Shown here in pieces: positions 49,683 to 60,600 of a stretch of 64,000 nucleotides of DNA. The position numbers and the translations under genes are program-made. The stretch is taken from contig JBLDXI010000019.1 in the NCBI GenBank assembly GCA_047495785.1, positions 62,001 through 126,000 of the forward strand, read 5' to 3'. Within the stretch, counting starts at the first letter, position 1. The number at the start of each line of letters is the position of its first letter. The stretch comes from Lepidodermella squamata. Taxonomy: Eukaryota > Animalia > Gastrotricha. Below the pieces are notes generated by a model. It was not told the origin of the DNA and searched no databases. It saw only the letters and a program-made list of their open reading frames with translations.

Positions 49683-49976
49683 GGCTGGAAGCAGTGGCGT
49701 GCTTCTGTGACTCAGCGACTTGAGGGCCGGGCTTGGCGAATGGGTGGCCGGTGGGAGCCCTGTCTGCGGATGTCACATGTCGATCGAGCGCCCCGTGTAA
49801 GTACGCCATCAACATGGTCGGTGCGGCGGAGGCCGTACTGCCCAGGTTGCGTAATGACACGTCAAAGGTCAGGTCCTGACGGAAGCAGCCTAACGATGTG
49901 CGTGGTGAGCGGTACCGGGACAGTGCTTGTGAATGTGCGCCGCAGTCAGCCCATCGGTTCACACGGACCCAAATCT
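49683..49976 (+). ncRNA. RN7SL: 7SL / SRP RNA, cassette 2
   Basis: Near-identical to 25553-25846; oligo-T terminator. Confidence 0.93.
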
Positions 49977-50493
49977 TTTTTCAGGATTTTTATTCAAATT
50001 ATTCATTCGAATTTTTTAGTTTAATTTCAACTTAATTTTGTTGGAAATATGTCTGCAGACTCCAGACGTAAGTGTCCATGGGGGAAATGCTAATAAGTAT
50101 AGCGGTGAAGTAGGGTGGCGGTATTAATGTCTGGCAGAATCGATTCACGGACGCGTTTTCAATGGAATAAGCCCAAGTGGTGAAATGGCGGAAACTAGGA
50201 GAGCCAATCTAGCTAATTGAATACATATGCTGAGCATTGCTTAAGTCACCGTAATCAGAGTTAAATTGAGCTGCCTGCTACCTCCTCTTAGCACTTTCAC
50301 GATTGATTCTCTCCGATGATATCTACATAACATAAAATGCAAGTCGAACTTATACTGTCGTAAATTGGAATGGAAAGGACAATATCCGTTTTTCATTACG
50401 AAATGCTTTCGTCAAAATGCTTCATCAAACCCCAATAGGGTACAGACATTCAACCGCAAAGAAGTCTCAAATCAGTCTCAAGTCTCAAAAGAA

Positions 50494-52827
50494 ATGTTTT
50501 TACTTATGAAAATGATTATCGTCTTAGGCCTTCTCTACCTAGCTGAGGCCGAATCCCAGAAACATAAGCTGAGGATGTTGGCACTGTGGTGGCTTCCTAG
50601 ATACCCAGCCTGCAATGCTACCTTCCAACTACTAATGGACCATGCCAACAATCGAAGTGACATTCTACCCGACTACGATCTCGAGCAAGAAGTTCGAGAT
50701 CAAGGTCCAGCTAATGCGAACATCATCAAATTTTTCGAGCAAACACTGCCCCTAAACACCTACTTCGCACCGATAATGACTGGCCCAACTGGAGACTGCA
50801 ACTACAACGCCTTAACTTTGAAGGCACTCGGAGTCGCTGAAATCACAAATGGCTGCTCAGGCCCGTTGATATGGTCAAGAAGGAAGAGTCTTTACGACAA
50901 TTTATTCGTGACAACAATGCCACAACTTCGCTACGTTGTCGCTGTTCACGATATCATTACAAAAATCGGAAAATGGCAGCAGGTTTCGATTTTTACAAGC
51001 TCATACAATGGCAACAACTACATGACGGCTCTATCAATTCAATCCTACGTCAATTCACGAGGAATCGACGTGGTTCAATTTCTGAATATTCACTGGTTAG
51101 AGGATGTGGATAGCGTAACAGTTGCAGCTATGCTCCCGAGTAGGATTATCATTGTTGCCCTTATTTCTGGTTACGACTGCCAGATCTTTTTATGCGCCGC
51201 TTATTTCGCCGGTATCAGACCTCCCTTATACGCGTTTATTGGTCTTGGAGATGGCTGTTTCACTCTAACTTTGAGCAATTCGACAATATTACCAGGGACC
51301 TGCCAGGATGATAGGTCTGTTATGCTTTTCCAACTTAAAGGCCTGTTTTCGGCCGGATTGTCCACAAGTGGACCTGGCTCGAATGTTAAAACTACCTTCG
51401 GCTACACGATCGCGAATTTCGATCAATCTTTGAGAGCTTTTACGGCGAATAAAACCGACATTTCATTCGATTATGCATCGCGATACACCTGCCATGACGT
51501 CATCATGCACGCGATATTGACACTGAACGAGTCTGATACGGTTTTGAAACAGCAATATCGTCTTTCTTTAAAAGACTGGAGCACACATCGAGAAACAGTC
51601 TTCAAGGTTGTCAAGGACGCTGCGTCGAACCTTAAATTCGTTGGTGCGAGGGTGGGACGCTTGACCTGGGACGAAAATGGCGAACTCAATGAAGACATGT
51701 TTGTAAAACAGGTCGTTGGAAGAGAAATTCGGTCGATTGCCAAATTAGAGTACAATGAAAACAACACCGCTTCAGGGCATCAGGGCGTCTACAGCTTCAA
51801 GTTGATTGAACAACCAGTTTTCGCTACTCGCTCCGGAGGACCCCCTAAAGATTTGTCGGCGATCGAACGTAGGATCGCTCAATGCGGTGATATGTTGATA
51901 ATTTCTAGCTTAATCGTAGCTGCGCTAGTTTCCATTGCGCAGATCGGCGTTTTCTCGAAGTCTCTTATGAATGGCGCGAAGGTTGAAGGATACCAGCTGT
52001 TTTACGGGGTTAAGGCTAAAACTGGCGTTTTGCTGGCGCTTCTACTTACAAATGCATCCTCTGTTCTCATTTTAGTTGGGGCTGACTACTTTCCGGCGAT
52101 AGAATGTCAACTGAGACCTTTGTTTGCTGCTTTGGGACCGAGTTATTTACACAGCTTCCTTGTCAGTCTCTTATTGACCTTCGCGAAATTCTTTACCTTC
52201 AGACGAATACGGCGAAGAAAAGCCTTCATTGTTGCTAGAAGAGCACAGTCATGGGGCATTATCCCTAAGTCCCTAACAATGGACTTTGAAATTACATCGA
52301 ATCCTCGAAGAACCGTTCGACAAGTAATTGCTGTTTTCGGCATTATTTTCCTGCCTTGTGTGTTTAATTTGATTGTGTGGATATCTGTTGATAGTTTGCT
52401 GTTGCGACTGTCAACATCCGAGACAGCGTTTGACGACGAGGGCGATACCTATTTCACTGTCACGTGGCCCGTCTGTGGTTCCGCCAATGGAAAATTCTGG
52501 ATTGCAGCTCTTTCAGGTTACCATGCGTTTCTACTTGTTCTCGCGAATGGAATATCTCTTGGGTTGCGCCGAAAATCTTTTCCGAGAGTTGTCAAGTTCA
52601 GCGTCCGCTTGTTTCGGCTAGCTTCGCTAAACGCACTAGGCAATTTGGCGGCGATTGTTTTAATCATTTCAGTCCTCTCAAATTCGAAGATTCACTGTGT
52701 TCAACCGGCCATTATTTGCTTCGGCTTACTGACTTACTCGCTTATTACCGGTCTAATTTTGTTGTTTCCTCACCCACTGAGCAATAGAAGACTGCACCAC
52801 AGGAGGTCGGCGATAGTTCCTAACTAG
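50494..52827 (+). CDS. Class C GPCR, GABA-B-receptor-like, intronless
   Basis: Signal peptide; Venus-flytrap motif NNRSDILPDYDL; PPKD linker with no cysteine-rich domain; seven hydrophobic segments ending LLFP. Confidence 0.85.
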   Translation: MFLLMKMIIVLGLLYLAEAESQKHKLRMLALWWLPRYPACNATFQLLMDHANNRSDILPDYDLEQEVRDQGPANANIIKFFEQTLPLNTYFAPIMTGPTGDCNYNALTLKALGVAEITNGCSGPLIWSRRKSLYDNLFVTTMPQLRYVVAVHDIITKIGKWQQVSIFTSSYNGNNYMTALSIQSYVNSRGIDVVQFLNIHWLEDVDSVTVAAMLPSRIIIVALISGYDCQIFLCAAYFAGIRPPLYAFIGLGDGCFTLTLSNSTILPGTCQDDRSVMLFQLKGLFSAGLSTSGPGSNVKTTFGYTIANFDQSLRAFTANKTDISFDYASRYTCHDVIMHAILTLNESDTVLKQQYRLSLKDWSTHRETVFKVVKDAASNLKFVGARVGRLTWDENGELNEDMFVKQVVGREIRSIAKLEYNENNTASGHQGVYSFKLIEQPVFATRSGGPPKDLSAIERRIAQCGDMLIISSLIVAALVSIAQIGVFSKSLMNGAKVEGYQLFYGVKAKTGVLLALLLTNASSVLILVGADYFPAIECQLRPLFAALGPSYLHSFLVSLLLTFAKFFTFRRIRRRKAFIVARRAQSWGIIPKSLTMDFEITSNPRRTVRQVIAVFGIIFLPCVFNLIVWISVDSLLLRLSTSETAFDDEGDTYFTVTWPVCGSANGKFWIAALSGYHAFLLVLANGISLGLRRKSFPRVVKFSVRLFRLASLNALGNLAAIVLIISVLSNSKIHCVQPAIICFGLLTYSLITGLILLFPHPLSNRRLHHRRSAIVPN

Positions 52828-52914
52828 GATTTAAACGAATTTAAACGAATTGATTACTTCAAGGATGGCTAGTTCGTAGTGGCAATAGAAGAAATTATTT
52901 AAGAAAAGGATAAC

Positions 52915-52986
52915 TAGCAGAGCGTAGTTTCGATCTACAGACCTCTGGGTTATGGGCCCAGCGCGCTTCCACTGCGCCACTCTGCT
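52915..52986 (-). tRNA. Initiator tRNA-Met(CAT)
   Basis: Same sequence as 25003-25074. Confidence 0.97.
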
Positions 52987-53155
52987 TGTCTGAGTTTGAT
53001 GATGCCTCCTTAACTCACAATTCACAAAATTTTAAATTCACATTTAGCAGCATCCGATGTTTTATCCAAGTTTTGATCACAGCCACCAGTGAACCTATTT
53101 GAGTAGACGTTGTAGTGGATCCCCAAATATCTGTGAAACTAGAATTGTCCAGCCC

Positions 53156-53227
53156 GGCTCAGTAGCTTAGTGGTAGAGCGTCTGTCTCGTAAACAGAAGA
53201 TCGCGGGTTCAATTCCCGCCTGGGCCT
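53156..53227 (+). tRNA. tRNA-Thr(CGT), cassette 3
   Basis: Same sequence as 25402-25473. Confidence 0.96.
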
Positions 53228-53307
53228 TGTCTCTCTTTTATTATCTTTGCTCCGAAAATTCATGACTGAAAAAGAAGGGATTGAACATGTTTACAGAAGC
53301 TTCTAAT

Positions 53308-53601
53308 GGCTGGAAGCAGTGGCGTGCTTCTGTGACTCAGCGACTTGAGGGCCGGGCTTGGCGAATGGGTGGCCGGTGGGAGCCCTGTCTGCGGATGTCA
53401 CATGTCGATCGAGCGCCCCGTGTAAGTACGCCATCAACATGGTCGGTGCGGCGGAGGCCGTACTGCCCAGGTTGCGTAATGACACGTCAAAGGTCAGGTC
53501 CTGACGGAAGCAGCCTAACGATGTGCGTGGTGAGCGGTACCGGGACAGTGCTTGTGAATGTGCGCCGCAGTCAGCCCATCGGTTCATCTGAACCCAAATC
53601 T
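53308..53601 (+). ncRNA. RN7SL: 7SL / SRP RNA, cassette 3 (3' variant TTCATCTGAACCC)
   Basis: Near-identical to other copies; oligo-T terminator. Confidence 0.92.
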
Positions 53602-53863
53602 TTTTTCTAATTTTTGAATTAGATTCAAATTACCTATCAGCTACCAAGTTTATATTTTCCGTCTTTTTTAATTATTGAAGTTGTGCGTCATATGAGTCCA
53701 ACGTTTTGAGGGCATTACAAAGTCAAGAACGATCATTGATCGCGCTATGAGATGAGATTTTTAAATTAAAATAATTCTTACATCACGATGAGAATAAAAA
53801 GGTAAAAGGAAATTAAGAGTTGTATAAACACCACTGTTGTTGATGGCTGAACAAACAAGCCGG

Positions 53864-55356
53864 CTAGCCTATGCGAATGTCAGACTTGATAGATACATAG
53901 AACAGAACGTTGATGCCGATGAAAACAAACGAAATGACGAAAAATAAAACGGTATCCAACAGATCGATCAACCGTGTTCCAGACTTGATGCAAATGCAGC
54001 AATTCGACTTCAAGCGTCGAGCCATGGTGTCATCCTCGTTATTTGTCAGACGAAGCATTGTCAAGCTGTACAGGGTTGTTAGTACGGCTGTTGTTAGCTG
54101 AGCTCCGAAGTACATATCAATGTACAGCACCTCAGATGTCATCGGCAATTTTCCCGAGAAAATACTTTGGAAAAAGGCAAAAGCAAGGAAAACTGTCATA
54201 GAAAACGCCGCTCTGTCCGTTGAATTAGAAGGCAGCAATAGACTAGCGACTTCGAGAATAGCCAGCAGTGTTGTTGGTATGAAAATCGGCGCGATGAATG
54301 TGTCGTGTTGACGGGAAAAGATGAAATTGAACGTTAGTTCGCCATCATCGATTTCGAACAGGTGGAAATCTACGGGGTTCCAGCCAGAATTTTCGAAAAT
54401 TCTCGCAAACTCCCTGTTCTTTGCATTGGCGGCCAAACTAAGGTCCCTTTTCAGCTTAAATCCGACTCCTCTTATTGTGATGTTACACGACTGGGTATCG
54501 AAGGGATACTTTTGAAAGTTTAGACTGCAAATGGAATCGAATCGACCGGCTGCCATCCATGAGGCTCGGCCATCACTCGCGAGCGAGACAAAATCGCCGT
54601 ACCTTCAAATACGCATTACTTTTTTGAACAAATGAAAGAATACAGTTACTTGGTCATTGAGTTGTCGCTTGATCGAAAATTGGAGTTGACATGCCTAACA
54701 TCAGGCTGCCAAACCAATTCCTTCGTGTACATACACGTGTTAATTGTAAGGCTAGCGGTATTATTTGTTGCATTCCACTTTGCGCAGTTGCCCCAAACCC
54801 AGCTGAAGTTGAATGATGCGATGAGCCTGAATCTGTAAAATAAATATTAGGATGCTATGATGGATCAGCAATTCTTCAAAGCTAACTCTTGGTCCATATC
54901 GCTTAATCCTATGAAGAGTTTGGGCTCGAAAGACACGGATACGTTTTCCGGCACGTTTGGGCTAACATCGGAAAAAGCGGCGTGGTATGCCATAACCACG
55001 CAGTTTTTCGCCAACTGTTGGCAAAACAAGTCTCCAGCATCCGTCGGTTCGTTCGGGCGCCCTGATTGCGAAGCAGACCCTGGTGCATTACGGCCAACAG
55101 CATCAGGCGGTCCTCCATTCTGGGCACCCCCTGTGTTTTGATCTTGGCCCGAGCTATTGGGTGGTGTACCTCCGGTTCCTGTGGATGTATCTTTGCCTGA
55201 GGGCATGGGTTGGTTCCCAATGTTAATTGCCGTCCCAATGGAGGGACCTTGGCCTGATGAAGACTGTCCTGCACCCGGAGGGCCCCCGAAAACTTGAAAT
55301 TTGGCTGGTGATACCTGAAGAAACATCCCCAAGAGTAAAAAGTTGATATAATACAT
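53864..55356 (-). CDS. Divergent Cys-loop ligand-gated ion channel subunit (exons 55356-54887, 54832-54650, 54602-53864)
   Basis: Signal peptide; VWQPDV; Cys-loop CSLNFQKYPFDTQSC; M1-M4 pattern including LPxNSTDR and LPMTS. Confidence 0.9.
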
Positions 55357-55960
55357 GATGGAATAGAAAGCAAAATCAACTCAGGTGAGGCTTCGAAACA
55401 TGAGTAAACCAACATGAGAATATTGAAAGTTCGCATGGTATTTGATTCGACAGGATATGAACCCACCATTGGCAGCCGGAAATGTGTCAATATTTTCAAT
55501 TTATTTTTATCTCAGGATTAACGCCGTTTTTTCTGTTTTAAGGAATAAGTACGCCGTTCTCACCTTATACCTTTTTCTCTGGCCGTCTCGGCCACGAACC
55601 AGCGCTCGTGATTTAGGTTCAAACCTCCTCAGGGCAAAATACGAAACTCGATGCAAAAAATAACAAATGCTGATAACGCGATATCGAATTTCCTCTATTG
55701 CCGGGTCGGAATAATTTATGTTAAATAGCTAGTAAGCGAGCTAAGCGGGCTGATTAAACATGAAAAGCGATAAGCGTTACACTTGTCGATGATTTTACCC
55801 CCACTCGATTGGCGGAATAGGCGTGTCGCCGTGCTGAATCAATGCATTAGACGACAGTTACGACAACCGGCACGCCCAAATTCATATATAATAGCCCAGG
55901 TGTGAACACGGGCCAGGCTATCACATCGCTTTATTTTCCCAATTAACAAGCTCAACAATC

Positions 55961-56877
55961 ATGATGGTTAAACAATTTTTCACTCGTAAGCCTTGAGCTG
56001 CATTAGTTTCCAACTAATTTTATTAAACTTGATTTATTTAGTTGCAGTTTTCGCTGCAATCTATGTTTCCTGTCAAGCAGCCGATCCGCCGTCGATGGAC
56101 AGTTTGGTCGGTTGGTGGCCATTCGACGCGACGTGGCAGATGAAGGAGAGGAAAAACAACGTAGATGCAACCACTGTATTGAAAGGCGTCATTTCGACGG
56201 ATAAAGGCCCTTTCGACAAGGAGTCGACCTCTTTCACTGTGTCAGAAGACAACGCTAACATTGCGACGTACACCAACCAGGTCATTGGTTCGGATACTGT
56301 GACCTTTGGATTTTGGTTGAAATCGAAAATTGCTCAAGCTGGGGGAATTTTCGCCGCATCTGATGCAACCGGAACAACGTCATTCAGTTATGACACAACC
56401 GGAGCTCTAATTGTCACTCAAAAAATCCTCGACCAGTCTTACACGCTTGTTAAAAAATGGGATGGTGCTATCACAGCGGATACTTGGAAATACTTTGCGT
56501 TCTCGATTACGCCCAATTCGCTGTCATTGTATGACGCGGATGGGAAGAAAACTGAGACAGTGACCATTGCTGCTGGTACCTTTGACAAATTGAGTGTCAC
56601 ATTTGGCCAGGGTTACACGGCTGTGGATAACACTAAGCTTGGAATGTACAAGACTGATGCGATCGCATGCGCTGTTCTTTACAATTCGGGGTTGTCGACT
56701 GCAAGCATGGCCAAATTATCAGCGGTTTGTAACGAAGCCACCGACCCGACTACTGCTGCTCCAACTCAAGCTGCGACAACCCAGGCCGCAGCAACCACGA
56801 CGAATGCAGGTTCATCTTGCGTTCCAGCTGTGATTGTACTAATGTTCGCGTCGATTGCTGCTACTTTCTTAAATTAG
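55961..56877 (+). CDS. ConA-like lectin/glucanase (LamG-type) surface protein 1, possibly GPI-anchored (exons 55961-55985, 56042-56877)
   Basis: Signal peptide; LVGWWPFD, TFGFWLK, WKYFAFS, LYNSGLS; Thr/Ala stalk; hydrophobic C-terminus. Confidence 0.8.
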
Positions 56878-57566
56878 AGAGAAACATTCAGTGTGCGATG
56901 TCTGCTTGCTTTGTTGCGCTAATTACTCCTGTTCGTTGAATAATGGAAAATAAAATCCGCAATAAAAGCTAGTAAATAACAGTACTTTCGCCAAGATTGA
57001 TTAGGAAATCGGGGCAGTAGGCGATGCAGACTGCACGTCAAAAAATATCCGCTAAAAGGGGAACACCCTCTTGTTGCAAAACCTTCCAGAAAAATCTGAT
57101 CGATTCCTGTTTCCATTCGACAGAACAAACTAACTGAGGGATGCAAAAATCGGCAATATCCCACTCGACAATATATTTTACCGGTTCTCGGTATAAGCAA
57201 CGGTCGCTTTAAAAACCAGCAACTTCGCACAGCCAATCCTTCTCCAACTATGCAAACTCGATGCTGATCAGAGCCTCAAGATGGGGGCTAGGTTTTCGGG
57301 CAATCAGTTTGGTCTGAGTTCAGACCCTACATATGCTCGAAATAAATTTGTACATTTGGGTATTTTTCTCACCAAAAAGGTAAGCATTATTACTCAATTA
57401 AAGAGTCTAATTTTATTCGACATTCGTTTTAAATTAGGATGACATGAGGATGCAGTCTCACATCTCACCGTTCCCGATGATAACGCACAGTAACGAAAAA
57501 GATAACGAGTACATGAGACGTTGCCGTACCAGGGTAGTTTGTTTTTCCCAATCCCAACACCACCAA

Positions 57567-58458
57567 ATGGCTCATCAAAAACTACTGTGTATGTTTTTCA
57601 ATTATGAGAATTTTGATTGAACTCAAATTTAAAACTCCAGGTATCATTGTGCTGTTCGCAAATGGTGTGTTAGGCTATGACCCCCCGGTTTCGAATAATT
57701 TAGTTGCGTTCTACCCTCTTGACAAAACCTGGCAACTGAAAGACGCTAAAACGGGAGCGGCGCCTGTGGAAACTTACGAGGCGATACTAAATAAAGAAAA
57801 TGGACCTTTCGGGGAACCAGCGACATCGTATGGAGTTACTTGCGAGGGTTGTAAAATCGCGAGTTACCACGTTGTTGGCATCAACTCAAATTCCATAACC
57901 TTTGCTTTATGGACGAAAAACGTGGCGGGGAAAAGCGCTATTCTTTATAGCTTTGACAATAATGGAAAGATATCCCTTCACTTTGACGCGCCGGACGCTA
58001 TTATTGTGACTCAAAACATCGACGAAAGAGGTCCGCGTGAAATTGCTCGGTGGAACAACAGCATCGATGTAGGAAAGTGGAATTTTATTGTAGCTTCCAT
58101 CACGCCCGGAAATATCAGTCTGTACGGGCAGTCAGGGCAGCTGTTAGAAACAGCTTCGATAGCAACAGCTTTCATGGTTTATTACAATTTGACTCTTGGC
58201 GAGGCGTTAGGCATAGCCGATGGTGATTACTTAGGAATGGCGAAAAAAGATGCTCTAGCTTGCGGATTGTTGTATAACGTGGCATTGTCGAATACGGAGA
58301 TCGCGGATTTAGCTTATGTTTGCAAGCCCAGTGATGTGGAAACGACGACACCAGCCAGAACTGTGACAACGACTGGAACCAACGACGGGCCTGTGATCAA
58401 AAGTGAATGTGTACTGTTTGCCATAGTCGCAGCTTTTCTCCACGTTATGGTGAAATAA
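57567..58458 (+). CDS. ConA-like/LamG surface protein 2 (exons 57567-57588, 57641-58458)
   Basis: LVAFYPLD, TFALWTK, WNFIVAS, LYNVALS; same phase-1 intron and architecture as the paralog. Confidence 0.8.
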
Positions 58459-58582
58459 AGGCTAGCTAAATAAATAAAAGTGACTCGGTTATGGCAATTT
58501 CTCTTCATTTCAGAATAAAACCTTCCTTAGCTAAGGTAAGATTTTTTAATTCGTAAAAAAATGAAAACGTGAGTACGAAAAA

Positions 58583-58876
58583 AGACTTGGGTCCGTGTGG
58601 ACCGATGGGCTGAATGCGGCGCACATTCACAAGCACTGTCCCGGTACCGCTCACCACGCACATCGTTAGGCTGCTTCCGTCAGGACCTGACCTTTGACGT
58701 GTCATTACGCAACCTGGGCAGTACGGCCTCCGCCGCACCGACCATGTTGATGGCGTACTTACACGGGGCGCTCGATCGACATGTGACATCCAGAGACAGG
58801 TCTCCCACCGGCCACCCATTCGCCAAGCCCGGCCCTCAAGTCGCTGAGTCACAGAAGCACGCCACTGCTTCCAGCC
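58583..58876 (-). ncRNA. RN7SL: 7SL / SRP RNA, cassette 4 (most divergent copy)
   Basis: Reverse complement of other copies with a few substitutions; oligo-T terminator. Confidence 0.92.
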
Positions 58877-58956
58877 ATTAGAAGCTTCTGTAAACTTGTT
58901 CAATCCCTTCATTCTCAGTCATGAATTCTCGGATTAAAGATAATAAAAGAGAGACA

Positions 58957-59028
58957 AGGCCCAGGCGGGAATTGAACCCGCGATCTTCTGTTTACGAGAC
59001 AGACGCTCTACCACTAAGCTACTGAGCC
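58957..59028 (-). tRNA. tRNA-Thr(CGT), cassette 4
   Basis: Reverse complement of 25402-25473. Confidence 0.96.
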
Positions 59029-59077
59029 GGGCTGGACAATTCTAGTTTCACAGATATTTGGGGATCCACTACAACGT

Positions 59078-60028
59078 CTATTGAACAAGTACATATGTAC
59101 CATAATAGCCAAGGTGGCTGTAATAAAAGCTCGACTGACCGTTCGGATTGTTCCGACTGCAAGCAGTCAAGTTGTTTACAAAGATGAGGTAGCCATATAA
59201 TTTCGGAAAAGCATAGTGCCATAATAATATAAGGTCTGTGGATTTAAGAAACGCTCCGCTAAATGTCACGTTTTATCAACCTATCGCACTTTATGGCAAG
59301 TATACTGGAATTTATTAAGGATGACTGGTCTGTAAAAACTCAAAACCGGGTAATGTTTAATAGTTTTCTCACAACATGGATCAATACATACAAACAAATC
59401 GCTTTCTTCACACATCATTCTTTACAAGCATTGCTGATAGCCGCCGAGCTGATCGAAACCACGAGTGTAGAATCTGCGTGACCCGGCAGCAAAGCTGGAA
59501 TTTTTCGGTCGTCTTTATTTAGCTGACGATTATTTACTTTTCGTAAAGGGTCCGCTGGCAATGTTTCCGATTTCCCGAAAACATCCCGCTGACCCAAATA
59601 TCCCTGCCTGAATCTGCAGATTCTACACCCCTGATCGAAATTTTGACCACTTCGCTGTCTGTGTCAGTTAACAACCGGTCGACGGTCGAGCAATATTTAT
59701 ATGACTACGCCGTGTACGAGTTTGAAAAATAGAGGGCTCCTAAAACGTAAGTCGCCAAGCCGCCACCAATCGTAGCAATACTCAACAAGATTGAGCTGCA
59801 ATACCAGCACGACGGCACTGCTCGCTGCGTAGCGATTGCCAGCGCTGGCACCCAGAGCGGAAACAACGGGAAAAAGAGAACTGCCGCAACCGCTGATAGC
59901 AGATAAGCCACTTTTCTCAAGAACGGAGAACCAGTCGAGGTATGACGGTAGATTGAGATTCGTTCAGCTGCTGATGAATACCCATTGTCAAACCGAGAAA
60001 TCGTATAGACACATCTTCTCTCAGGCAT
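59078..60028 (-). pseudogene. Possible disrupted membrane-protein gene
   Basis: 107-aa ORF with two hydrophobic segments followed by short coding-like ORFs broken by stops and shifts; no family recognised. Confidence 0.25.
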
Positions 60029-60295
60029 CGACCTGCTTCGAGTTGCCTATATACATGAATAAATCTTGTTTCAAAATTTGATGAAAACTTTCACTTCCGC
60101 CATTAATTTCCCGCAAAGTTGTATGATAAAAAGTGCGGAGTTGGAAGATCGATTCCGAAAATAACTATGTAGTGCTCTAAATATTCAGTAAATTAAGTGC
60201 TATCAGTGAATCTTGTTCGGGGTTTCGGGAAGCATATCCTAACCAAATTTTTTTATCGATTTTCTACATAACTTTGAAAACTACATTGTGTTTCA

Positions 60296-60600
60296 AGTAG
60301 CAAGCTAATCTTTGACCCGCGCGCTGATTGGTAAATGTATTGTTGCTATGACTCCGAGATGAAAAATTTAGTCGTGCGATTCACTAATAAATTATTTCAA
60401 TTATGTAAAATTGACCCTGCCACGCCCTCTGCGCGGTTTCCATTGACCACGGGCGTAAACTCCATATTAATCGCGGTAAATTACTGCGGCAAAAACATTT
60501 GTTGCAAACAATCTTATGGATCACACGGCCGTAATGTTTCATCGGGGAGTCATAGCAACGATCGATTGACCAATCAGCGCGCGTCCACAAATGCTACTAT
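60296..60600. mobile_element. Fold-back (palindromic) element
   Basis: CGCGCGCTGATTGG..GTTGCTATGACTCC..GATGAAA (60318-60364) is mirrored at 60537-60583; outer limits approximate. Confidence 0.75.
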
